From: Craspedostauros australis
Taxonomy: Eukaryota
Assembly (NCBI GenBank): GCA_030167865.1
Contig: JALAGF010006529.1
Coordinates: 1 to 64,000, forward strand
Length of the DNA: 64,000 bases
Reading direction: 5' to 3'
Shown here: in pieces, positions 1 to 10,309 of the stretch
Numbering within the stretch: the stretch's first letter is position 1
How the letters are laid out: each line of letters starts with the position of its first letter
Program-made: the position numbers and the translations under genes
The notes under the pieces: generated by a model
What the model was told of the DNA's origin: nothing
Database searches by the model: none
The model's input: only the letters and a program-made list of their open reading frames with translations

Positions 1-294
1 CTTGTTTTCCTCCATGCACCCTCGCTCGATCTCCTCCTTGCCTGTTCTCTCGACCCACTGCCCATTGCTGTCGGGCGCGATCACCATCGATATCCCTGCC
101 GTTGCGTTGTTGCCTGATGCCATGCGTATTCTCCGATATGTCGCCCGTACTCTTTCCTTCTTCCGCAGCTGGAGTAATTGTTGTGCCGTTGCCTCTCCCG
201 CGCTCATTTCTTGTGCGCCGCCGATGTCGTTCGCTTTCTGTTCTGCACGCTTTCTGACTTCCTCGAGTCCTCTTGCTTCCGCCAACCCCTCCAG
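1..294 (-). mobile_element. Fragment of a non-LTR retrotransposon ORF (resembles diatom Ambal-type LINEs, linker between endonuclease and RT); runs off the left edge
   Basis: Hand translation of the minus strand gives LEGLAEARGLEEVRKRAEQ...KERVRATYRRIRMASGNNATAGISMVIAPDSNGQWVERTGKEEIERGCMEENK, open for 98 codons with no ATG start. The pattern LxxLAEA...RRIR...WxExTxKxEIExxCxxEN resembles diatom LINE ORFs as I recall them. Confidence 0.55.
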
Positions 295-313
295 TTAGAG
301 CATGCATGTTACT

Positions 314-704
314 CTAAGCGTCACTGGACGTCAANGGCAGGAGACGGGGCGGCGCCCACGCGGTCAGCTTCGGGGCTCCAGCTCNCAGGCTGGGAGATGC
401 GGCGACANATCCACGCTTTTTGCGCTGGGGAACGGTAGCTGCGATGTGGGACATAGCATGTAGCAGAGTGAACAGCCATTGTGCCTGTCGTGGCTGCGAC
501 GTTGGGACCTGCTGGGCGAGCTGGCAAAGGTGGGTGGGGATAGGCCATGGTGGCAGCTCTTGGCGTGTTTGGACGTAAAATCCCATGCGCTGGGATATCA
601 CATCGCGCTCTCCTTCCTCATGAAGCGCGTAGTTCCGACTAGACCGCTGTTGCAGCATCATGTGCCATAGCTCGTGGATCACCTCTGCCTGCCAGTGGAT
701 GGGC
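314..704 (-). mobile_element. Degenerate C-terminal fragment of a non-LTR retrotransposon ORF
   Basis: Minus-strand translation HWQAEVIHELWHMMLQQRSSRNYALHEE resembles the W..LI..LW......W..RN..LH motif at the C-terminus of LINE ORF2 proteins. Contains single Ns and abuts the gap. Confidence 0.4.
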
Positions 705-775
705 NNNNNNNNNNNNNNNNNNNNNNNNNNNNNNNNNNNNNNNNNNNNNNNNNNNNNNNNNNNNNNNNNNNNNNN
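705..775. other. Assembly gap (71 N)
   Basis: Run of N; isolated Ns also at 335, 385 and 408. Confidence 0.99.
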
Positions 776-1729
776 TTGGGGAAATCTAGAGTGGGAACAC
801 ATGCAAGGCAAGTGCTACATATGACCTGTATGACAGAAACACTGAAACGGAACAGTAGGCAGTGATACCAACAAGCACGAACATGCATGTGGAAGCGTTG
901 AGCATTCATTTTTGTTTGCTGTGAATGGAAACAACAAGTGGAGAGGAAGGAACTTCCTGTTGTCATAGTCTTCCACCGAGGAAGGCTACTCAACAGCATA
1001 GATAAGGCTAGACAGTATTGATGACGTCATTGTATGATTAATTTGATTATTTCAGTCCCTCCAAGATCCAACGCGAACGCGAACATTTGGGGAGAGCTCC
1101 CCACTGGTTGTCACCACGACAGGTTCCAGGGGTGGCTTCATTTTACATGCGATATCTCCCTAATGAATATTTGAATGTGATGGAAGACTCCTGTTGTATT
1201 GTATAGCACCACATTGTACAATAGTAGAGTACTTGTACGGATAATCGTGTGCATCCATGCTGCAAACAATCATTGGACAAGTACGAGTACGGAGACATAC
1301 CATGCCGCACTCTCCGCTTTTCACGTTCTCTGGCATTCACCTGCGTGTGAACTCCAGCCTCCACGTTCATGATGCAAATGATCATGTGTGAGTGTAACTG
1401 GGCACAGGTGCACATACTCTCCATCATATATATATAATAGAATAGTACTCGCACATATTATATCATATCATACTTACGATTAGAAAGAGATCCCACACAT
1501 GCGTATCCACGCTTTGCACAACCGTGGAATGACTTCTTCATTACTCGTATTGTAGTTCATGACAGGCGGCATGTATTTCGTCTCTCTTGGGTGAGTGGAT
1601 TCGCACGGCTTTGTGGAGTAGATGCGTCGCGCTACCCATACCCGCAAGCAGAGAGTGCGTAGGAGTACATAGTAGAAGAGCATAGGACTTGCACAAGTTC
1701 ATAAGCACGGCACTCTCTGAGTACTCTCT

Positions 1730-1778
1730 CCATCCATCCATCCATCCATCCATCCATCCATCTATCTATCTATCTATC
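1730..1778. repeat. Compound microsatellite (CATC)n(TATC)n
   Basis: catccatcc...tctatctatctatc read directly. Confidence 0.95.
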
Positions 1779-2276
1779 GATCTTTAGCAAGAGAGAGGGA
1801 GAGAGAGGTGCTCTGTTGCATCAATACAAACTCCATTCTGCTCTGTCCTGTCTCGAATCGGGTTAGCAAGCTTGGTCTGTGTCTACATCTCTAGTTTCGT
1901 GTGTCTCTACTACGTTTGTTCGCATGAGTCGTTGTCTTCATCGACTCATCTGACCCAACACACGTCACATTTTCTCCGTCTCACCACAAACTCAATCAAC
2001 TTGTCGCAGACATCAGTTCATGACAAACTGTTGCCACGCACTTTCCACAGATCATTCCTTCTCACGTCGCGCAGCAACGTCTCATCGTTGTTCTTCATTG
2101 CGCAAGTACAAATGTTCCATCAACAAATGCATGCATGATCCTGTGATGGTTCATGGATTGATGCCAGACGAGCACCACGCATAAGATCAACAGGAGACGA
2201 TTCAAGTCAAGTCGAATTCTAGTCGTATCCTTCACAAAGTCGAGCAGAGCAATAGCAAGCAACTGTTCGTGCGACG

Positions 2277-5200
2277 ATGAGATGCAGTGCGGCCGTGCTG
2301 TGCCTCCTGGTTGCTGGGACCCATACCAGGAGCTTCCAGACCTCGGCCTTCACCCTGCCGTTGTCACAATCACCGCAATCGCGTGACGGTTACCAACGAT
2401 TCACATCCTGCACACGGGTGGCTCGGCAGACACGATCGTCATCATTGCGTGAATCGTCGGATGGAACACGTGGAGGTGCCTATGAGGACACCAACGGTGG
2501 TTCCGATGCAACAGCGACAGCGTCCGTCATGTTGAATCCGAACGACCAGAACACCCAGGCTGGAAAGGATGGATACAGCGTCATGCGCCAGCCGTTGTCC
2601 AAGGGAGGCTGGGATCCAGACGTCGATCCGGACTTTGAGGCGCCTTCGTCTCTATCCGATAGCAACAACGCAAAGGCAGATTCGTCCTGGTGGTCCGGAA
2701 AACAACAGCAGGAAGGCCTCCAGCAAGGCCGAGCTCGAGCGCCCCTCTACGACTCCAATCCGCAAGCGAATTACAATCCCAACGGCAGATCGTTCGGGGT
2801 CTCATCCGGTCTTTCGCAGCAGGGTGGAGGAAGAATGAGCAGCATCAGCAGCGGCATCATCAATATTGATGGCGACGACAACGGCAGCGACGGCGACAAT
2901 GAAGACTTCAATGACCCTCTCGCCGATGAAGCACTCGCGATGAATCAACTAGATCTCTTCCAACGCTCGCTGGATACCCTGGACTTCGCCTTCGTCCTCA
3001 ACGCCCTGCGTGTGGAGTGCTTCACAACCCCAGCACGACGCATGATCGATGAAGGTAAGCAGGCGTCCATCCTTTTTGGTGATGAAACTGCCAACGGAAG
3101 CAACAAAAGTGGACAGAGCAAGAACAACAAGGGCAACGGCAAGAGCAAGAGCAAGAGCAACATGAAAGACAACGAGGCCTTCCGACCACTGACGGGAAAC
3201 AACGTCGAAGCTGTGCAGGAGCGCTACGCTGCCGTGCAGGAGATGCAGTTGCTGTTGGCGCAGGAAGTCAGCCTGGGCGATGCCTACTACAAGAGCCGAC
3301 GCGGGTACAAGGTCAAGGTCGGCGGTGGCAACCCGCCGCCGTTGGAGGGCCTTTCCTTCGACCTCGATTCCATCTTGGAGATTTGCGACGAAGGCAACGT
3401 CCTTGAGGGACCTGAGATCCTTGAAATATCCACTATCATGGACGCCGTTGAAGATCTCGAGCTGTGGGGCAAGGGCCTCGAGCATGTGAATGAAGGGGAG
3501 ATCCAGTTTGTGGAGCTGCCCAAGATCGTTCAGAACATCGATCGCAACGAGACGTTGCAAACCCTCCTCTCCGATGCCTTCGACAAGAACGGAAAGCTGT
3601 CCGGTAAGACGTTCCCGACCTTGGGGCGTCTGCGGGCAACCGTGCGAACGTTGAAGGCCGATATCCTCCAAACATTGGACAGCCTGGTCGCCCTGCCGTC
3701 CATCAAATCGAAGCTCGCATTGGAAAGCGGAGGTCCGCTGTACTCCGAGATCTCCAACGGCGGGCGTCTCGTGCTGCCCATCGATCCCAAGTATGCATCG
3801 TCGATCGGGATCGTGCACGACTCGTCACGCTCCGGAAAAACGGTCTACGTCGAGCCCAGCGAGGTCGTCGGACCCACCAACGAACTGCGGCAGATGGAGG
3901 CCGAGCTGCGCCAGGAAGAGGCGAGGGTATGGCGATCCCTGACGGAGCAGATTCTCAACAATCGCCAGTCCTTGTCGCAATCCGTGCATGCCGTCGGTCA
4001 GCTGGATTTGGTGCTTGCGAGGACTTTGCTGGGAGACAAGATCGGAGGCGTCGTGCCAACCGTGAAGGACGAAGGCGTCATCTCCCTGCAGGATGCCAGA
4101 CACCCCGTGCTGCTGTTGCGAGGCCTCCCAAACGTCGTCGGCAGCGACATCGATCTCGGAAAGGATGGGAATCAGGGCCTCGTCCTCACGGGACCCAACT
4201 CGGGCGGTAAGACGGTCATCATGAAGCTGCTTGGCCTCGTGGCGCTCATGTCCCGCAGCGGAATCCCCGTGCCGGCAGCTCGGCCGCGTCCTGGTCAGGA
4301 GGACTACGTTCCTCGCGTTGACTACTTCGATCCCATCCTCGCAGACATCGGTGACATTCAGAGCGTCGATGGCGACCTGTCAACCTTCTCCGGTCACATG
4401 CTGGTTTGCCGTGAGGTCCTGGCCAATTCCGGAAGGAATGCGCTGGTGCTGATGGACGAGCTGGGTTCTGGAACAGACCCGGCGCAGGGTGTGGCCATCG
4501 CCCAGGCGCTGCTCGAAGCGCTCGTCGACACGGGCTGCCGCGTGGCGATCACCACGCATTACATGGAACTGAAGCAGCTGGCTGCCTCCGACTCCCGCTT
4601 CTCCGTTGCCGGCATGCAATTCGTGAGAGGACGTCCGACTTACAAGCTGTTGCCGGGAACCGTCGGGGAATCCTTCGCCATGGCCGTGGCGGAGCGCTTG
4701 GATCTGCCAGGAGCCGTCGTGACCCGAGCGTACGACTTGCTGGACACGGAAACTCGTCAGATGGGCGACCTGATCCGCGAATTGGAGGATCAAAAGTCCG
4801 TGGTCGAAGAGCAGGCCGCGGAACTGGAGGAAAAGAAGAAAGAGATGGCCGCCTTCGAGAGCAAGATGCAGGAGGAGCAGGCGAGGTTGGAGCGCAAGAT
4901 GCTGAACGCGAGACGTGACGAAGCAAAAAAGTTCGCGCATAAATTGGAGGAGAAAGAGAAGGTGCTCGAAGACGTCCTGGACAAGCTGAAATCTGATCCC
5001 AGCCGCAAGATCATTGCGAAGAGCTGGGACAATATCAAATTCGTCAAGAGAGATGCCCTGACGGAGGCGGAGAACGTGCCGAGCGTCGTCGCTGCGAAGA
5101 AGAAGGCCGCTCAAACACAGGCCAACATCCAGGCGGAGCTGATCCCCGTGGCGGAAATGCGCGAAAAGCCAGAGCTCAAGGTTGGCGACAAGCTGATCAT

Positions 5201-5795
5201 GTGCAAGCGGGGGCCATTGTTTGGTCGTGAGGCGATAGTGGCCAAGAACATGGGCCGGAGGTTGGAGGTGAAGATCTCCGGCATGACCATGTCCGTCAAG
5301 CTGACCGAAGTTTCGGCATTCACATCTAGCAAGCTGCCTGAAATCAGCACGATCAGCAGCAGCATCAACAGCAGTTACAACAGCAACAAGGGACAGAGTA
5401 TGAAAGGAACCAGAGCGTCGGGCAAAGCCGCTGCATCGAAGGCTGCGGAAAGAGCAATTCAGACAGAAGGGAGGGTGAGGGATGCATCCGTTGAGGTCGG
5501 CGGCGCTGTCCAGCGCCCGAAGAAGGCTGGTGTGGCAATCCGAACTGATTCCAACACCGTCGACGTGCGTGGGTGCTACTTCGAGGAAGCCAGGGATAAA
5601 GCCAGGGGCAAGTTCAGCGAAAGTATCATGAGCGGACGAACGACTGTCTTCATCTTGCACGGTCACGGCACGGGCGGCGTCCTCAAGGCAAAGCTCAGGG
5701 CTTGGTTGAATTCGGAGAAGTCGATGGTGAAACAATGGAACCCGGCGGAACAAACCGACGGTGGCGACGCCTTCACTCGTGTGGAGCTCAAATAG
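2277..5795 (+). CDS. mutS2: MutS2 family ATPase with C-terminal Smr domain, predicted plastid-targeted
   Basis: 1172 aa, intronless. ARHP motif, Walker A TGPNSGGKT, ADIGDIQS..LSTFSGHM, Walker B LMDELGSGTDP, TTHY, coiled coil, KOW-like LKVGD, Smr ILHGHGTGGVLK. N-terminal signal peptide followed by TSA-F. Confidence 0.95.
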   Translation: MRCSAAVLCLLVAGTHTRSFQTSAFTLPLSQSPQSRDGYQRFTSCTRVARQTRSSSLRESSDGTRGGAYEDTNGGSDATATASVMLNPNDQNTQAGKDGYSVMRQPLSKGGWDPDVDPDFEAPSSLSDSNNAKADSSWWSGKQQQEGLQQGRARAPLYDSNPQANYNPNGRSFGVSSGLSQQGGGRMSSISSGIINIDGDDNGSDGDNEDFNDPLADEALAMNQLDLFQRSLDTLDFAFVLNALRVECFTTPARRMIDEGKQASILFGDETANGSNKSGQSKNNKGNGKSKSKSNMKDNEAFRPLTGNNVEAVQERYAAVQEMQLLLAQEVSLGDAYYKSRRGYKVKVGGGNPPPLEGLSFDLDSILEICDEGNVLEGPEILEISTIMDAVEDLELWGKGLEHVNEGEIQFVELPKIVQNIDRNETLQTLLSDAFDKNGKLSGKTFPTLGRLRATVRTLKADILQTLDSLVALPSIKSKLALESGGPLYSEISNGGRLVLPIDPKYASSIGIVHDSSRSGKTVYVEPSEVVGPTNELRQMEAELRQEEARVWRSLTEQILNNRQSLSQSVHAVGQLDLVLARTLLGDKIGGVVPTVKDEGVISLQDARHPVLLLRGLPNVVGSDIDLGKDGNQGLVLTGPNSGGKTVIMKLLGLVALMSRSGIPVPAARPRPGQEDYVPRVDYFDPILADIGDIQSVDGDLSTFSGHMLVCREVLANSGRNALVLMDELGSGTDPAQGVAIAQALLEALVDTGCRVAITTHYMELKQLAASDSRFSVAGMQFVRGRPTYKLLPGTVGESFAMAVAERLDLPGAVVTRAYDLLDTETRQMGDLIRELEDQKSVVEEQAAELEEKKKEMAAFESKMQEEQARLERKMLNARRDEAKKFAHKLEEKEKVLEDVLDKLKSDPSRKIIAKSWDNIKFVKRDALTEAENVPSVVAAKKKAAQTQANIQAELIPVAEMREKPELKVGDKLIMCKRGPLFGREAIVAKNMGRRLEVKISGMTMSVKLTEVSAFTSSKLPEISTISSSINSSYNSNKGQSMKGTRASGKAAASKAAERAIQTEGRVRDASVEVGGAVQRPKKAGVAIRTDSNTVDVRGCYFEEARDKARGKFSESIMSGRTTVFILHGHGTGGVLKAKLRAWLNSEKSMVKQWNPAEQTDGGDAFTRVELK

Positions 5796-5954
5796 AGTCC
5801 TCTCTGGAGAGCGGAGTACTATGTTCCATTGGTGCAATGATGGTCGAGTCGAATTTAGTCGAGTTTAGTCAAGTATGGTTGGATTCTTGATTTTGATTAC
5901 CTTTGCTTGACTGTGGCATCCACTGCATCACATGTTGTTCCATTCTAGTCGAGT

Positions 5955-6674
5955 TCAATTCAGCTCGGTTGTGTTGAATTGCATCGTCTCGTTGCTGAAG
6001 TAGATCTCAGCCGTATCGATGACATCCACGATGCCGTCGCACACCATCGACTTGGCTGTGGCGTCCGCGATCTCCTCCCGGCTCCACCACTTCGCATCAA
6101 TGGCATCATCCGACGGTGAGATATCTGGCAGGGTCGCAGCAGATGGAATGTAGCACAGCATCTGCGAGATGACGTAGTGGAATGCAAACGACCCGTCGTC
6201 GTTGGGGGTGATCGCATCGCTTGACGTGATCGGTTGGTGGAACCACCGCAAGTCGACGTCCTCGTGGAACTTGACTTCCTCATCAAGCTCACGACGCGCG
6301 GCGTCCATCGTCGATTCGCCGAGGTCGATCTTGCCACCAGGCAGCGCCCACTTGCCTTCGTCGGGTGGGTTCTTCCTCTGAATGAGGAGGTATCGATTGA
6401 GCGATGCATGCCCGCTGCCATCATTGTCATCCTCTACCTGTCCCTGTCCTTGTCCTTGCGCATTTGTGTTTGGTGTCGTTGGTACCCGTGCTGTTGAAGG
6501 TATGGAACAACGAACAGTCACCGCGACAGCTGCGCGCGGCACCATCTCGGGCATCGATGCGAAGCACAGCATCTGAAGCGGTCGGTGGATGCCATTCTTC
6601 GCCGATGACATGAATGTCGGCCGGTACAGGCAATGGCCATACTCGTGTGCGTGATGCGAAAGGAAGCGGAACAT
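5955..6674 (-). CDS. Nudix hydrolase (paralogue A)
   Basis: 239 aa; Nudix box WALPGGKIDLGESTMDAARRELDEE and PSDDAIDAKWW. Confidence 0.9.
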   Translation of the reverse strand: MFRFLSHHAHEYGHCLYRPTFMSSAKNGIHRPLQMLCFASMPEMVPRAAVAVTVRCSIPSTARVPTTPNTNAQGQGQGQVEDDNDGSGHASLNRYLLIQRKNPPDEGKWALPGGKIDLGESTMDAARRELDEEVKFHEDVDLRWFHQPITSSDAITPNDDGSFAFHYVISQMLCYIPSAATLPDISPSDDAIDAKWWSREEIADATAKSMVCDGIVDVIDTAEIYFSNETMQFNTTELN

Positions 6675-7371
6675 TCTGCCAAAGCCGCTTTCGAGAGTAC
6701 GTTTGGCTATGAGTGGTAACGTGAGGTTGACGGGAGGAGCAAGAGCGAGGTGCGAGAGTGGAACTGGGAGCGATGCGCAAGTGCTGCGAGTGTTGTGAGC
6801 GTCAGCACTGGGTTGGACGCGGTGTTGGGTATCTTTGCCATCAGCGGACGGCGCACGGGCGTTATCCTTGCTTTCTAACTACAGAAATCGGACGAAACCG
6901 AAAGTCTCAACGGACATGTTGTAACGGACTAATAACGAACATACCAGGATTGTTTCAGTCCCGAATAACTTTGTGGTCCCAAACAGACAGACAAACAATG
7001 TCAACAACACAAACAAACCACGATTTCAAACAGACACAGAAGCAACAACCTCATTGATGCAAACAGACAGATAAGCCAAGACAAAGATCGCAAGTGCGCA
7101 CGAAGTTGCCAACACCACAATGCTCTGCCTCGCATGACCGCAATGCTTGATCGGGCAGCGTACCATTGGTGGTGTGGATGTGTCGGACATCAGCCATCGC
7201 AGCACCGTTGCCATACTCTCACGATCCATGCCACAAGCGACAAGCGACAAGGACGATCTCTGTACACATCGTGTAGTCCTCCAACAGCATACCAGCAGTA
7301 GATCAGGGTGGTGGTATTGGACGAGTACTGCTCGAAGTACGATCACATCAACGAGACTGCGACCAGCAACG

Positions 7372-8067
7372 ATGGCAACAGCAATCACATTGAGGAGGAA
7401 CTGGACTGTCAGACCCTTGCTTTGCATTCTGGTGCTCCTCCAAGCCATCAGCACGACCGATTGCGCTTGGGTGCAAGGTACTGGGACAATCAGCGCGACT
7501 ATATCAAGGATACAACCAAACGCTCGCAGCGAAAGACAGCCGCAGCACCAAATGGCGCCGTCTTCGGCCGACGCCGGCATTCCAGCATATCCACGCGCAG
7601 CCGTGTCCACCGCCGTGCGATGTTCCGTGAAGGGAAGTAGCGAGCCCCACTATCTGCTCGTGCAACGCGGCAAGCCGCCCAACGAGGGGAAATGGTCGTT
7701 GCCCGGTGGTAAGATGGAGATGGGCGAGACCGCCATGGAGGCCGGAAGACGCGAGCTCGTTGAAGAGACCACGTTCGACGCGATGCCATCGCTCGCATGG
7801 TACGACTCCACCTTCTCTACGACGGATTCCATCATCCTCGATGACGCTGGAGACGCCGTGCTCTTCCATTTCCTCATCGCGCATCCGTTTGCGCAGTTCG
7901 TGGCGGATGGAATCCCAGCAGTGGCTCCATCGGATGACGCCGCGGATGCGAGGTTTTGGAGCCTGTCGAGTATCAAGGAGGCCACGGCAATCACGACCCC
8001 TGGTCTTTGGGATGTCATCGATCGGGCTGAGCGGATGTTCCAAACGGGAGTCTTTGATTTGGATTGA
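7372..8067 (+). CDS. Nudix hydrolase (paralogue B), predicted plastid-targeted
   Basis: Nudix box WSLPGGKMEMGETAMEAGRRELVEE. First ATG at 7372 gives a hydrophobic signal (PLLCILVLLQAISTTDCA-W) with an aromatic +1 residue. Confidence 0.88.
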   Translation: MATAITLRRNWTVRPLLCILVLLQAISTTDCAWVQGTGTISATISRIQPNARSERQPQHQMAPSSADAGIPAYPRAAVSTAVRCSVKGSSEPHYLLVQRGKPPNEGKWSLPGGKMEMGETAMEAGRRELVEETTFDAMPSLAWYDSTFSTTDSIILDDAGDAVLFHFLIAHPFAQFVADGIPAVAPSDDAADARFWSLSSIKEATAITTPGLWDVIDRAERMFQTGVFDLD

Positions 8068-8328
8068 CGGAGGAGAAGACTACTTGACGACTACTTTGAC
8101 GCAATACTCGCAGAGAGGCCGACTACCAAATAGAATAGGTTGTCCATGCTGCGAAGTAATCACGTTACGAGGATTGTGGCATTGTCGTCCGATTACCAGA
8201 CGTTAATGTGGAGTAGGGCGCTATTGCTTCGACTCGCCTCCTGTGGCATTCATTCCGTTTCGTTCTCTTCCTTCTCCTGTTGTTGTTTCTCAAATTGCGT
8301 TGAAGCACATTCCGGGCAAGTTCTTCCT

Positions 8329-8352
8329 ATTGCATTGCATTGCATTGCATTG
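8329..8352. repeat. (TGCAT)n pentanucleotide repeat
   Basis: attgcattgcattgcattgcattg read directly. Confidence 0.85.
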
Positions 8353-8494
8353 AATCGTCGAAGTGGAAAATGCACACCTGCGTACATGCATGCATGCATG
8401 CACCCATTGATCAGCCAACCTCCTTTATCGAGTATTCCATGGAATGTCCAATGAACTACTCGATTCAATGAGGTGCTGCGACACCCTGAATGAT

Positions 8495-9655
8495 TTATTC
8501 GAAGATGGGAGCCAAAGCCGCGAGGGATGGGTCACCGAACAAGGCATGCAGCAACCCGTCCGTACCAAACCAAAGCAGGACACCGGCAGTCAATGGCGTG
8601 ATCCACGGCCCCACCGCGGCGTAGATGGAAGTCTTGTCGTTGCCCATCTCCTTGAGGTTGACCAAGAGCTGCCCGCCCGATGCGGCCACGGCCAGCAACG
8701 GCGTCGCGTAACCGAGCGTGTAGAACAAGAGCAGGGTGCCTCCGAGGATGGGATCGGAGCTGTTGGCAACGTAGGCCAGGATGGAAGCCAGGACGGGGGT
8801 CGCGCAGGAGGACGCGACGAGGGCAGACGAACCACCCAGAAGGAAGGTCCGCACGAGCGATCCCTGCTCTTTCTGCTTGCTTTCATCGTCGGCGATGACC
8901 TTTCCGCTGGCGTTGATTAGAAGCGGTTCGTTGCTGACGCCGATGCCACCGACGCCGCCGTTGAACAGCGATGGTGATGATGACGATGACGATGTTGAAG
9001 ACGCTGCTGCGCTGAGAGAGGGAAGAGGGATACGGATCAATTCCAGCAGCTGCAGTCCCATGAGGCAGCAGATTCCATTGGACATAAGAGGAAGGAAGGC
9101 GCTCATGTTGCCGGAGTTGCCATAGATGACCCCACCCACGGACGAAGCGATGATTCCTAGCGTGCAGAAGACGAGGGCCAGACCACCCGCGAAGGCGAAG
9201 GTTGGGAGGAGCGTGGCCTTGTCCTTGCGTTCCCCAGCTGCCGTGGAGATGTAGGACATGGTGAGCGGCAGCAATCCCCAGACGCATGGCGAGAAGGACG
9301 TGAGCAGTCCGGCGCCGTACATGATGGGGATGGAGGTGACGAGGTCGGTGGGATCGTTGAGGGAGATGGATGCCAGATCGGATGCCGCCGATTGGGCGTT
9401 GAACAGCACGTCCTCCCAGCTGCCGCTCAACTGCATTTGCAGCTGCGTCTGCAGATGTGCTGAAGCCTCATTCCCTCGTCCATCGACTATAGATCTCCTG
9501 CCGATTATGGATGCAGATGCAAATGTGGATGCAGATGTGGATGTCGTCGTTGTCGGTGGTGCAAATGCAGCGCAGGTGGAGAGACCGATGGCGGTCGCCA
9601 GGCTCAGCATCGCGACGCTTCTCGATATCCTTGCCATTGTCATTGTCAGTGTCAT
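8495..9655 (-). CDS. ccdA: Cytochrome c biogenesis thiol-disulfide transporter CcdA (DsbD transmembrane domain), plastid-targeted
   Basis: GLLTSFSPCVWGLLP and ALVASSCATPVLASIL carry the two conserved Cys. About six hydrophobic segments; presequence ...TCAA-FAPP. Confidence 0.92.
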   Translation of the reverse strand: MTLTMTMARISRSVAMLSLATAIGLSTCAAFAPPTTTTSTSASTFASASIIGRRSIVDGRGNEASAHLQTQLQMQLSGSWEDVLFNAQSAASDLASISLNDPTDLVTSIPIMYGAGLLTSFSPCVWGLLPLTMSYISTAAGERKDKATLLPTFAFAGGLALVFCTLGIIASSVGGVIYGNSGNMSAFLPLMSNGICCLMGLQLLELIRIPLPSLSAAASSTSSSSSSPSLFNGGVGGIGVSNEPLLINASGKVIADDESKQKEQGSLVRTFLLGGSSALVASSCATPVLASILAYVANSSDPILGGTLLLFYTLGYATPLLAVAASGGQLLVNLKEMGNDKTSIYAAVGPWITPLTAGVLLWFGTDGLLHALFGDPSLAALAPIFE

Positions 9656-10309
9656 TTTCACTTTGCGCTGGTGATATTACTGTTGCTGATGTTCTGATTG
9701 CTTCTGATGTTGGGTGTGCTTGTGATTGTGATCATGACATGTCGGCGCATGTTGGACTTCGCCTGGTGGTGCTGATGTTGTTGCTGTGTGTTTTGTGCCA
9801 AGTCAGATCCTGCTGGCACGTTTGTCGCCATGTGCGACGTTGTCATGGCAGCCACGACATCGGCTCTTTCTTCGTTCTTTGCGTGGAACCATTTCTCCGG
9901 AGGAACGTCAGAAATTGTCCTCAACAACCATGGTATCCATCCCCCAGTTCAGCGACGATCGGAAGACAATAAACCAGCTTTGGAGTCGTTCGCGCATCTC
10001 CCAACAACGTGGGAAGGTAAGACAAGACACACGGCAACACAACAAACAAAAGAAACACCCGAGCACTTGGGCGCTCGCTCTATTCCATTTCGTGCTTTGT
10101 CTTAAAACATGTCAACGCTATTCGTACGTATTATACTTCTAGGAGGAGTACTTCTGCGTGTCGAAATAGGAGAGAGCACCACCCGATCATGTCGATTCGA
10201 GGCGAAACTGAAATAGAGTTCATTGGTGAATGGATGTCCTCCATGCTCACTCCCCTGCCTGCCTGTTTGCACATCCTGCTCGTGCCAGTTCTGATCATCA
10301 TCTGCTAAT

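Noticed and set aside
4380..5837. Long antisense ORFs (485 aa here; also 10604-11641, 20994-22058, 29726-30799, 31723-32673, 42687-43745, 57328-58470, 60858-61748)
   Set aside because: Each lies opposite a well-supported gene; these are shadows of GC3-biased codon usage with no motifs of their own.
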